From the NCBI GenBank assembly GCA_965221155.1, contig OZ244869.1:2584772-2648771 (forward strand): a DNA stretch of 64,000 nt, in the 5' to 3' direction. Positions within the stretch are counted from its first letter, which is position 1, and each line of letters starts with the position of its first letter. The notes beneath the pieces are model-generated. The model made no database searches. It was not told the origin of the DNA and saw only the letters and a list, made by a program, of their open reading frames with translations. The position numbers were made by a program, and so were the translations under genes. The stretch comes from an uncultured Candidatus Binatia bacterium. Lineage in GTDB: Bacteria; Desulfobacterota; Binatia; UBA9968; JAJDTQ01. This document shows positions 9,402-17,207 of the stretch, piece after piece.

Positions 9402-9619
9402 GAAGCCTCCCGTGCCAAAGCAGGATTGTTGTCTCGACGGGTGCTACCCGTGGTTCGGTTGTACGCGTCGAGCCTCCGCGGGCGTCGCGTTCGTGGTTCG
9501 AACTGCGACGCCTTACACAGATACTAATCGTTCGGGCGGCCCTGAACTTTAGCGTCCGACGGGGTGGGAGGCACAATTTTGCGGCAGGCTGGTGTTTGTG
9601 TTTTCTTTGTGGCACCGCC

Positions 9620-9775
9620 CTCCGACTCCCTCTCCCTTTGGGAGAGGGTTGGGGTGAGGGAACCTCGTGGCACGCCGGCTGGGGTTAACGGCAGGGGATG
9701 GGAGGGGCAGGGTTGTTGGGGGCCCTCACCCGGCCTTCGGCCACCCTCTCCCAGGGGGAGAGGGGTTGAGATTGG
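9620..9775. repeat. ~155-bp intergenic palindromic element, family D (CTCTCCC...GGGAGAG arms), copy 1
   Basis: Reverse complement matches 29095-29260 nearly end-to-end: 'cctctcccnnngggagagggtggccgaaggccgggtgagggc...ccctcaccccaaccctctccc'. Internal inverted repeats. Confidence 0.8.
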
Positions 9776-9814
9776 GGAAGCCGGGGCGGACCTTGGGTCG
9801 AACGGCGGCGGCGG

Positions 9815-10828
9815 TCAGCTATCGAGGTCCATGCCCACGACCCTTGCGGGGTTCCGGGTGCAGACGGTGTGGAGCTCGTCCTGGGTCAGGCCGAAGGCCT
9901 CCATGTACCCCCGGATGAGGCGCATGGCTTCCACGGAGTCGGGGAACAGCGGCTCGCCGGCGTCGCTGGACAGGGCGAAGTGCTCCACCCCCACCTCGCG
10001 GATGGTGTTGTACATGATCTGAGGATCGACCCCCAGCAGCGGCGACAGCTCGTCGAAGGTGAAGTTGAACAGCACCCCCAGTGGGGCCAGTTCCTTCATC
10101 TGTTCCACCGACACGTCGAGAAAGGGGCTGTAGGGGTGGTCGATGACCATCCGGGTGAGGCCGAGCCTGGCTCCCTCCTCGGCGATCTTGAAGATCTCCT
10201 CGTGGGTGGGATGGCCGAAGAACAGCGCCACGTCGCGCTCCGCGCACAGGCGGATGACGTCCCGCACCTCGGGCTTGAGCTCACCCGATTCGTCGACATT
10301 GTAGTGGCCGTACTCCAGCGCCTTTTCCCAGGACATGGGGCCCACCCAGCCCTTCGCATCCATGTCGTGCTCGAGGAGGGAGCGCCGGCTCCCCACCGTA
10401 TGAATCGTGTTGGCGTGGTTGAACACCGGAAGCCACAGGGCGATGACCCCTTCGTCGAGGGCCTGCTCCGCCAGACTGGCGGACACCGGCTCCTCCTGCC
10501 TGCCGCACACGAAACCGGCGAACAGGCGTACCGGCGTTACGCCCTCCGGCTCGGCCCAGCCGTCGAGCTGCTGCTGGAGCTCGCGGGCCGCGCGGCCGGC
10601 GTTTCCGATGATGGACTTGAACAGGATGCCCTTCATCTCGGCCCGGGAGGCCTTCTTCACCAAGTCCATGGCGTCCTGCTGGCCCGCGTGGGCGTGACAG
10701 TGGATGTCGATGGCGTCCTTGACCTTGATGTGGTCGGGGTGGACCACGCCCGGCTTGTATTGCGTGCGCGCCGCGTAGGAGGTGACACACCGTTCCTGGG
10801 TCCGCGTCGAAACAACGTTCTCGCTCAT
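9815..10828 (-). CDS. metal-dependent hydrolase, amidohydrolase superfamily (TIM barrel)
   Basis: Start reassigned to ATG at 10828 (MSENVVSTRT...) preceded by AAGGGAG RBS. His-rich N-terminal motif 'DIHCHAHAG', Asp/His-containing C-terminal blocks. The 462-aa ORF-track version has an implausible Arg/His-rich N-extension. Confidence 0.55.
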   Translation of the reverse strand: MSENVVSTRTQERCVTSYAARTQYKPGVVHPDHIKVKDAIDIHCHAHAGQQDAMDLVKKASRAEMKGILFKSIIGNAGRAARELQQQLDGWAEPEGVTPVRLFAGFVCGRQEEPVSASLAEQALDEGVIALWLPVFNHANTIHTVGSRRSLLEHDMDAKGWVGPMSWEKALEYGHYNVDESGELKPEVRDVIRLCAERDVALFFGHPTHEEIFKIAEEGARLGLTRMVIDHPYSPFLDVSVEQMKELAPLGVLFNFTFDELSPLLGVDPQIMYNTIREVGVEHFALSSDAGEPLFPDSVEAMRLIRGYMEAFGLTQDELHTVCTRNPARVVGMDLDS

Positions 10829-10913
10829 CGTTGATCTCCCTTCATCACGGGCCGGGATCGGACGACGGGGACCGCGTCGGATACGGCTGGCCGTGCATTG
10901 TGATAACATGGCC

Positions 10914-10946
10914 ATAGTAGACCCTCGAAACTCGAAACGAAAGAGG
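10914..10946 (+). promoter_or_regulatory. conserved 5'-leader motif (copy 1) upstream of yeeE/yedE-like gene: atagtagaccctcgaaactcgaaacgaaagagg
   Basis: Near-identical ~33-nt sequence recurs at 15297-15329 upstream of the LLM gene (atggtagactctcgaattccgaaacgaaagagg). Ends in the RBS. Confidence 0.45.
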
Positions 10947-10960
10947 AGAGTACCGTCCCC

Positions 10961-12004
10961 ATGTTCGAGACGCTCGGATTCCAGCACGTCACTCCGCTCC
11001 AGGCGTCCGTGGTGCTGGGCCTTGTGCTCGGCGCCGTGTACGGCGCGCTGGCGCAGCGCACCGGGTTCTGCCTCCGCCGCAGTCTGGTCGGAGACCGGAA
11101 CGAATGCCTTCCGGCGCTCGGCGTCTGGGCCATGGCATCGGCGATGGCGATTGCCGGGACCCAGGGGGCGGTGGCCGCGGGAGTGGTCTCCTTCGACGCG
11201 CACCGGTTCCTCGCGCCCGACCTTCCCGTCGTTGCGGTCCTGGTGGGCGGCGCGCTGTTCGGCGCCGGGATGGTGCTCAGCGGCGGCTGCGTCTCACGTC
11301 TCGCGGTTCTTTCCGGCGCCGGCAACCTGCGGGCGGTCCTTGTCCTGGTGGTCTTCGCGATTGTCGCCCACGCGGCGATGAAGGGAGTGCTGGCGCCGTT
11401 GCGCTCGGCACTCGCCGGGATAACCGTTGACCCCGGTGGCGTGGTTGCGCTGACCGCACTGCCCGGCGGGGCCGTCTGGGCCTGGAGTCTGGCGCTCGCC
11501 GCCGCGGTCCTGGCGTTGCGTTCCGGCGCGTCGCGTCGCCACCTGGTGATGGCTGCGCTGATCGGGCTCCTCGTGCCGCTGGGATGGGTCGGGACCGGTT
11601 TTGTCCTCCAGGACGGCTTCGACCCCTTGCCGCTGCAGTCCCTGGGATTTACCGGGCCCACGGCCGACACCCTGTTCTGGACCATGGCGGCCACCGCCAT
11701 TCCCGCGGGATTCGGAACCGGTCTTGCAGCCGGCGTGGTGGCCGGAAGCGTTGCCGCTGCGGTTTCCGCGGGCGAGTTTCGCTGGGTCAGCCTGGAAGGG
11801 CCGCGGCAGACCGGCCGGTACCTTGCGGGCGCCGCGTTGATGGGAACGGGCGGTGTCCTGGCGGGTGGTTGTACGGTGGGGGCCGGACTGTCCGGTGTGT
11901 CGACCGCGAGCATTGCCGCGATCCTGGCGCTCACGGCGATGGTGACGTCGGCAAGGATCGCGGGAAGATTTCTAGCCCAGGAGCCGACGCGGACAGTGGC
12001 CTAG
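10961..12004 (+). CDS. YeeE/YedE family sulfur-compound transporter (thiosulfate transporter TsuA-like)
   Basis: 347 aa, ~9-10 TM helices, two repeat halves each with the conserved Cys-containing loop (QRTGFCLRRS ... GGCTVGAG). Confidence 0.8.
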   Translation: MFETLGFQHVTPLQASVVLGLVLGAVYGALAQRTGFCLRRSLVGDRNECLPALGVWAMASAMAIAGTQGAVAAGVVSFDAHRFLAPDLPVVAVLVGGALFGAGMVLSGGCVSRLAVLSGAGNLRAVLVLVVFAIVAHAAMKGVLAPLRSALAGITVDPGGVVALTALPGGAVWAWSLALAAAVLALRSGASRRHLVMAALIGLLVPLGWVGTGFVLQDGFDPLPLQSLGFTGPTADTLFWTMAATAIPAGFGTGLAAGVVAGSVAAAVSAGEFRWVSLEGPRQTGRYLAGAALMGTGGVLAGGCTVGAGLSGVSTASIAAILALTAMVTSARIAGRFLAQEPTRTVA

Positions 12005-12181
12005 GAGCCTGCGTCACAAATACGCTTATGAATCTGCGGGTCCTTTTGGCCGTCGGCTGCGTTGCTCTTCCTCGCGTGGTGCACGCCACTGCTCGTCCTG
12101 AGCGTAGCGAAGCGGAGTCGAAGGACGCCTTGCCGACAACCAAAATGCCCTCGCAGATTCATAAGCGTATTTGTGACGCAG
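12005..12181. repeat. MITE-like element, family F: 28-bp terminal inverted repeats CACAAATACGCTTATGAATCTGCG flanking ~120 bp that contains a family-C palindrome
   Basis: TIR at 12005-12033 and inverted at 12153-12181. Second copy in opposite orientation at 25856-26026. Confidence 0.8.
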
Positions 12182-12220
12182 GACACTAGGAGCCTGCGCC
12201 GCAGGAACCCGGCATCCGAT

Positions 12221-12345
12221 GTAGGGGCGGGTTTCAAACCCGCCCGTGCCCGCACGGCGCTGCCGGCCGATACAGGCTCCTAGGCGACTGGAACGCGGAC
12301 TGCCCGGACGAGGCATGTAGGGGCGACCGGCCGGTCGCCCCCACG
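12221..12345. repeat. REP family A unit (GTAGGGGCGGGTTTCAAACCCGCCC) plus variant palindrome GTAGGGGCGACCGGCCGGTCGCCCC
   Basis: 21-bp perfect palindrome GGGCGGGTTTSAAACCCGCCC preceded by GTAG. Variant core also at 35342-35369. Confidence 0.8.
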
Positions 12346-12395
12346 GGATTCCGCCGTGGCGTAGGGCCTCTAAGAGCCTGTCCGCTCCCTCACCA

Positions 12396-13700
12396 TCAAC
12401 CGAAAATGTCCTTGGAAAAGCCCGCGTACCAGCCGAGCGATTCCTTGTAGGTCGCCTTGCGCAACTCTGCGCTCTCTCCGGTCTTCGATATGAAGCCGTC
12501 CGTCTTGGCGATCTTCTCGTCGGTGGCCTTGTAGGAGGCGCCGACCTTGACCCCGTCATCGGTTTCGATAAGCGACCAGCAGGTGTTCGAGAAGCGCGCC
12601 GGAAACACCTTCGAGCCGGTCAGCGCCCCTCGCACCGCCATGGCGCACACCTTGGCCTGGCTGTTGGCGGAAAACCCGGACTTGGGCATGTCGCCCTGCT
12701 GGGAGGCATCGCCGAGGACGTGGATGTTGTCATCCGCCCGGCTTTGCATGGTATGCGGCACCACCGGGACCCAGCCGGCCTTGTTCGTGAGCCCGGCAAC
12801 CGCGGCGATGCGCCCCGCCTGTTGCGCCGGAATCACGTTGCAGACGTCCACCTTGGTCACCTCGCCGTCGATCACCACCTCCATGGACCCCGGGCGCACT
12901 TCGACCTTGTCGCCGCCGAAGTCCGGGCCGACCCGCTCGATCATGCTGGGATAGTGGCGCTGCCAGCCGTCCTCGAAGAGCCCTTGCTTGGAGAACTTCG
13001 CCTTCGGGTCGACGATCAGGATCTTCGCCGTGGGATTGGTCTGTTTCAGCGCGTGGGCGACCATCGAGATCCGTTCGTAGGGTCCCGGCGGGCAGCGGAA
13101 CGGGTTGGGCGGCGCCACCATGCAATAGACCCCGCCCTTCCGCATGGCCGCTACCTGCGCCTTGAGGAGCTGCGTTTGCGAGCCCGCCTTGTAGGCGTGC
13201 GGCATCCGGTTCTGCTGCGACAGGTCCCAGCCGCGAACCGAGCCGGGGCGGAAGTCGATGCCCGGCGACAGGACGAGCCGGTCGAAGGGGAGGCTGCCGC
13301 CGCCCGCGAGCCCTACCGTCCGGCGGTCGTGGTCGATGGAGACGGCCCAGTCGTGAACCACATTGATGCCGTAGGTCGCCGCAAGGGTCCCGTAGCTGTG
13401 CCCGAGGGACGCGAACTCACGGAAACCGCCAAGGTAGAGGTTCGAGAAGAAGCACGAGTAATAGTGCCGGGTGGGTTCCACCAGGGTCACATCGATGGCG
13501 CCTTTCGAATCCTTCGCGATGTAGCGCGCGGCGGTCGCGCCGCCGGCGCCGCCGCCGATCACCACCACCCGCGGGCGGCTCTGCCCGAGCACGGGACCCG
13601 CCCACAGCGCGGTGGAAACCCCGATGGTTGACGCAAGGAAACGCCGCCGGGTCATGCCTGTTTTTTTGTTCTGCTCTTTCACGATGCCCCTCCTTCTCAT
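12396..13700 (-). CDS. fccB: flavocytochrome c sulfide dehydrogenase, flavoprotein subunit (FccB/SoxF-like)
   Basis: Tat motif TRRRFLAST. N-terminal FAD fold 'VVVIGGGAGGATAARYIAK'. Overall FCSD architecture (434 aa). ATGA start/stop overlap with upstream cytochrome gene. Confidence 0.85.
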   Translation of the reverse strand: MRRRGIVKEQNKKTGMTRRRFLASTIGVSTALWAGPVLGQSRPRVVVIGGGAGGATAARYIAKDSKGAIDVTLVEPTRHYYSCFFSNLYLGGFREFASLGHSYGTLAATYGINVVHDWAVSIDHDRRTVGLAGGGSLPFDRLVLSPGIDFRPGSVRGWDLSQQNRMPHAYKAGSQTQLLKAQVAAMRKGGVYCMVAPPNPFRCPPGPYERISMVAHALKQTNPTAKILIVDPKAKFSKQGLFEDGWQRHYPSMIERVGPDFGGDKVEVRPGSMEVVIDGEVTKVDVCNVIPAQQAGRIAAVAGLTNKAGWVPVVPHTMQSRADDNIHVLGDASQQGDMPKSGFSANSQAKVCAMAVRGALTGSKVFPARFSNTCWSLIETDDGVKVGASYKATDEKIAKTDGFISKTGESAELRKATYKESLGWYAGFSKDIFG

Positions 13701-14419
13701 GGAACGCCGAGCGATCGGCCAAAATACGTCGCGAGCGCGGCGATCTCCTCGTCTGACAAACGCCTGGCGATGGTCTGCATCGCCGCGTGCCGCCGGTTGC
13801 CGTGTTTGTACGCCTGTAGCGTTATCACGAAGTCATCGACCGGCCAACCCGTTATGGAGGGAATGCCTTCGTCGACGCCGTCCGCCCGGTGACAAGTGGT
13901 GCACTCGCTCGCGAGATAGGCGCCGTATTCGGGGTCTCCCCGGATCGCGAGGAGTTGCGGGTCGAGTTCGTATTCGGCCGCGGTCATGGTCGGTTCCGCC
14001 GCCGGAAGCCCGGGCCGGGCGCCGGAAAGGGTACGCAGCCACGCCACCAGATCCGCCCTGTCGCCGGGCGCGGCCATGCCGTCATAGCTCATGCGCGACC
14101 GTGGCACCATCTTCCGCGGGTTCGCCAAAAAGGGGTCCAGCGTCTTCTCGGTCCAGACCAGCCCGCCGGCGCCGGCCTTCCTCATCGCCGGAGAGTAGCG
14201 GAAGTCCCGGAGCGAACCGGCCCGGCGGCCGAATACGTCGTTCAGGTGCGGACCGATCCGGTGCTGCGCGCCTTGGCCCGCCTGATGGCAGCGCTTGCAT
14301 TGCTGGTAGAGCGCGTTGCCGCGCCGCGGGTCCGCGCCTGGGGCTCCGGTGGCGACGAGAACCGCGAGAAGAGCCGAGGCAAGCATCGCGAAACCCGCGG
14401 GTTTCGTGATGCGCCTCAT
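13697..14419 (-). CDS. fccA: diheme cytochrome c (flavocytochrome c cytochrome subunit FccA-like)
   Basis: Start reassigned to ATG 14419 (MRRITKPAGFAMLASALLAVLVATGAP signal peptide). Two CxxCH motifs (CKRCHQ, CTTCHR). Confidence 0.75.
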   Translation of the reverse strand: MRRITKPAGFAMLASALLAVLVATGAPGADPRRGNALYQQCKRCHQAGQGAQHRIGPHLNDVFGRRAGSLRDFRYSPAMRKAGAGGLVWTEKTLDPFLANPRKMVPRSRMSYDGMAAPGDRADLVAWLRTLSGARPGLPAAEPTMTAAEYELDPQLLAIRGDPEYGAYLASECTTCHRADGVDEGIPSITGWPVDDFVITLQAYKHGNRRHAAMQTIARRLSDEEIAALATYFGRSLGVP

Positions 14420-14441
14420 TCGGCCTCGGGATTCGGGAACG

Positions 14442-14780
14442 TCAGGATCTGACCTCGACCCGCCTGCTGAGACGGTATACGGAGCCATCGTCATCCACCC
14501 ATTCGAATTCCATCTCGCCCGACTCCTGGACGGCCATCTCGAAACTGAAGTACGGGTCGGCGGACACCGCCCGCTCGAGATCCACGGATATCGTCTCCTC
14601 CCCATTGTAGCGGGCCACGAACCGGTTGATGATCCGGCGAGGAATTCGTTTCCCCTCACGGTCGAGGCGGAGCCCGGTATGCATGGGATGGGTGATCCGG
14701 GTCCTGACCGTGAAGGGAACGCCCACGGACACCGACTTCGGCAGTTTCACGCGCGGCCTGGGTTTCGCCATTCCATTCAC
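14442..14780 (-). CDS. soxZ: thiosulfate-oxidation carrier complex protein SoxZ
   Basis: 112 aa. Blocks 'ITHPMHTGLRLDREGKRIPRRIINRF...NG...AVSADPYFSFE...ESGEMEFEWVDDDGSVY' match SoxZ consensus (ISHPMESG..DGK.IPR.IINRF...NPYF.F...SG...F.W.DDDGSVY). Confidence 0.8.
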   Translation of the reverse strand: MNGMAKPRPRVKLPKSVSVGVPFTVRTRITHPMHTGLRLDREGKRIPRRIINRFVARYNGEETISVDLERAVSADPYFSFEMAVQESGEMEFEWVDDDGSVYRLSRRVEVRS

Positions 14781-15206
14781 CTAGCAACCGCCCGCCGTCA
14801 CCTTGATCGAGCGGGAGGTCACCCGAAACGTGCCGTCGGCCATTTCCGCAACGGCGATCAGCCTCTGGCTCCGGGCCAGCCGGATACGGGTCGACGCCGC
14901 GGGCGTGATCCACTTTCCAAAGGTAAAGACGGCGACGCCGGGACTCGGATTGCTGTCCGCGAAAACGGCGATGCGCCGGGCGCCTTCGGCGGAGACCCGG
15001 ACCGGCACGGCGCCGCCGTTGTCGGCGATCTCCGGGGCTTCGATGCGGACACCGCCCTCGACCGGCACCGCTCCCTTGGTGAACGCCGCGATGGCCCGCG
15101 AGGTGTCGGTGGATGCCCGGACGAGGCGGACGGGAAGGAACGCGGCTGCGGACGCCGCAAGCGTCGCGCCGGCGAAAGCAAGTATGTCCCTGCGGGTAAG
15201 GTCCAT
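14781..15206 (-). CDS. soxY: thiosulfate-oxidation carrier protein SoxY
   Basis: Tat signal MDLTRRDILAFAGATLAASAAAF. C-terminal carrier-cysteine motif ...VTAGGC-COOH. 1-nt gap to soxZ. Confidence 0.8.
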   Translation of the reverse strand: MDLTRRDILAFAGATLAASAAAFLPVRLVRASTDTSRAIAAFTKGAVPVEGGVRIEAPEIADNGGAVPVRVSAEGARRIAVFADSNPSPGVAVFTFGKWITPAASTRIRLARSQRLIAVAEMADGTFRVTSRSIKVTAGGC

Positions 15207-15296
15207 GTTCGTCACCAAAAAAAACTACCATGAGGCACGGAAGGGGTCCATCGGCCGGAGCCCCTCCCTGCTTGCCGCGCGCCCCGATCCCTTCTA

Positions 15297-15329
15297 ATGG
15301 TAGACTCTCGAATTCCGAAACGAAAGAGG
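15297..15329 (+). promoter_or_regulatory. conserved 5'-leader motif (copy 2) upstream of LLM gene
   Basis: atggtagactctcgaattccgaaacgaaagagg, about 30/33 identical to copy 1 at 10914-10946. Confidence 0.45.
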
Positions 15330-15336
15330 GGTAATC

Positions 15337-16329
15337 GTGAAATTCGGCCTGTTCATCATCGGAGACAGCGACCCGGAGCTCGGGCACGACCTCAAGGGCT
15401 ACTACGAGCGGATGCTCGAGCAGGTCCGCTGGGGAGAGTCCCTGGGCTACGAGTGCTTCTGGTTCGGCGAGCACCACTTCGACTTCCACGGCATCATTCC
15501 GTCGCCCACGGTGCTCATGTCTGCCGCGGCCGCGTGCACCGACTCCATCCGACTGGGCGTGGCCGTGGCGCTGCTACCCTACCGGGACCCCGTGCTCACG
15601 GCCGAGGAGTACGCCATGGTCGACGTGCTGAGCGGCGGCCGGCTCGACTTCGGAGTCGGGCGGGGCACCCCACCGGAACTGGTCGGCTTCGGCGTCAAGG
15701 AGGACAACCGGGACCGGCTTGTGGAGAGCCTCGAAGTCGTCGAGATGGCCTGGCGGGAAGGGCGAGTGTCCTATCAGGGACAGTTCCACCACATCGACGA
15801 CGTGTCCCTGAACGTGCTCCCGGTCCAGCGGCCCTTGCCGCCGGTGTACTTCGCCGCCCTGAGCCAGGGCTCCTACCAGGTGGCGGGGGAGAAGGGCTAT
15901 CCCATCATGGGCATCCCTTTCGCGAGCTGCAAGGACATGGCCGAGGTCAAGCGCAAGGTGGCCTTCTACAAGGAAACGCTGAGCCGATCCGGCCACGCCC
16001 CCGACGCGCTGGACGTGGCCCAGTGCATCCACACCCATGTGGCCGAGTCCGACGAGGCCGCCCGCCGCCGCGCCCGCCCCGCCATGAGCCGCTACTACGA
16101 AATGCGCAAGAGCGTACGGCCCCGGAGCTACGACGAACTCGACCGGGCACGCATGCTGATGGTCGGCGGCCCCGCGCGCTGCTTGGAACAGATCGAGGAA
16201 ATCGCCGACACCGGCACCAACTACATCATCTTCTCCATGAACTTCGCCGGCCTGGAACAGAAGAGCATTCTGGAGTCCATGGCGATGATGGCGGAGGAGG
16301 TGCTGCCGAAGGTTGCCGCGCGGAAGTAG
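15337..16329 (+). CDS. LLM-class flavin-dependent oxidoreductase (luciferase-like monooxygenase)
   Basis: GTG start after GAGGGG RBS. 'MKFGLFIIGDS...GYECFWFGEHHF' N-terminus typical of the LLM TIM-barrel family. 330 aa. Confidence 0.85.
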   Translation: MKFGLFIIGDSDPELGHDLKGYYERMLEQVRWGESLGYECFWFGEHHFDFHGIIPSPTVLMSAAAACTDSIRLGVAVALLPYRDPVLTAEEYAMVDVLSGGRLDFGVGRGTPPELVGFGVKEDNRDRLVESLEVVEMAWREGRVSYQGQFHHIDDVSLNVLPVQRPLPPVYFAALSQGSYQVAGEKGYPIMGIPFASCKDMAEVKRKVAFYKETLSRSGHAPDALDVAQCIHTHVAESDEAARRRARPAMSRYYEMRKSVRPRSYDELDRARMLMVGGPARCLEQIEEIADTGTNYIIFSMNFAGLEQKSILESMAMMAEEVLPKVAARK

Positions 16330-16376
16330 GACACGCCCAACACGCTCTTGGCGGTGGCTCCCTTGACGTGGGCGAC

Positions 16377-16820
16377 TTAGGAATCTTGGGACTTTGGGGC
16401 ACTACGAGGCAGAACCCGATAAACAGGTATTGTCAGAACCGGCATAGACATCCGGGCCATCGACGCCTGGACATATTCGCGCCAATAGGGCCAGGCGTTG
16501 AATACGGCGTTTACTTGGCCAAACTCTTCCAACTCCTCAGTCGAGAAACTCTCGTCGCTCGGAAGTTGATATGACAATTCAAAGGCTCCGCGAATTTCTA
16601 CCAGCGTTTTCTCTTCGTCGGTTTCGTTGTGTCCGCTGAGTTTGAAGTCCGCCTTGACCAACAGTAAGTTGTCCTGTTGTGTGACGGCCGTGGTATACGA
16701 GGTCTTCACTTTGACGTTTTCTTCGGATTCGGATGGTCGCACGAAGGAGCGAAAACTCCCTTCGCAGAGCCTCACGTCGTCGATCTCTACGACCGAAACC
16801 AACCTTGACAGATTAGCCAT
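16377..16820 (-). CDS. SecB-like chaperone of a toxin-antitoxin-chaperone (TAC) system
   Basis: 147 aa. Block pattern parallels E. coli SecB (e.g. 'NAVFNAWPYWREYVQASMARMSMPVLTIPV' vs SecB '[29 protein letters not shown]'). Lies in the low-GC island, 7 nt after the antitoxin gene. Confidence 0.6.
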   Translation of the reverse strand: MANLSRLVSVVEIDDVRLCEGSFRSFVRPSESEENVKVKTSYTTAVTQQDNLLLVKADFKLSGHNETDEEKTLVEIRGAFELSYQLPSDESFSTEELEEFGQVNAVFNAWPYWREYVQASMARMSMPVLTIPVYRVLPRSAPKSQDS

Positions 16821-16827
16821 TCAGGAT

Positions 16828-17202
16828 TCACGCCGCCAAGGCTTGTTCTTGGTCTAAGGCACTGTCCCCGAAGTCTTGGGTCAGCATGACGGTGGACCGG
16901 GGACGAGTTCCGGGCGTCCACAAAAATTCCGACTCAAGCCGATTTTCGGGTGTCAACCAGAAAACAGGACGCATCGACAATGCGGTAGCGACATCCGCAA
17001 CCGTCCTGAGGGTCAGGTTCCGGCCGCCCCCAAGTATCTGGGACACGTAGCCCGGTGTACGACCCAGACGCCGGGCCAATTCCGCTCGAGTCACCCCAGC
17101 ATCATCAAGGACCCGTGTGAGTGTCTCGGTCACATCCAAGATCAGTTCTTCCTGCCGAACTAGACGGTCAAAGTCTTCATTGTCGTTTGCGTATATGGCC
17201 AT
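16828..17202 (-). CDS. HigA-like HTH (XRE) antitoxin with C-terminal chaperone-addiction-like extension
   Basis: HTH 'VTRAELARRLGRTPGYVSQILGGGRNLTLRTVADVA'. ~45-aa C-terminal tail beyond the HTH domain, as in TAC antitoxins. 5-nt gap to the toxin gene. Confidence 0.65.
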   Translation of the reverse strand: MAIYANDNEDFDRLVRQEELILDVTETLTRVLDDAGVTRAELARRLGRTPGYVSQILGGGRNLTLRTVADVATALSMRPVFWLTPENRLESEFLWTPGTRPRSTVMLTQDFGDSALDQEQALAA

Positions 17203-17207
17203 GGGTG

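Noticed and set aside
9172-9615. 147-aa minus-strand ORF spanning the MNIO upstream region (candidate precursor location)
   Set aside because: Starts with GTG inside the family-D repeat and runs out-of-frame through the 5' end of the DUF692 gene. Arg-rich nonsense translation. Not a plausible precursor.
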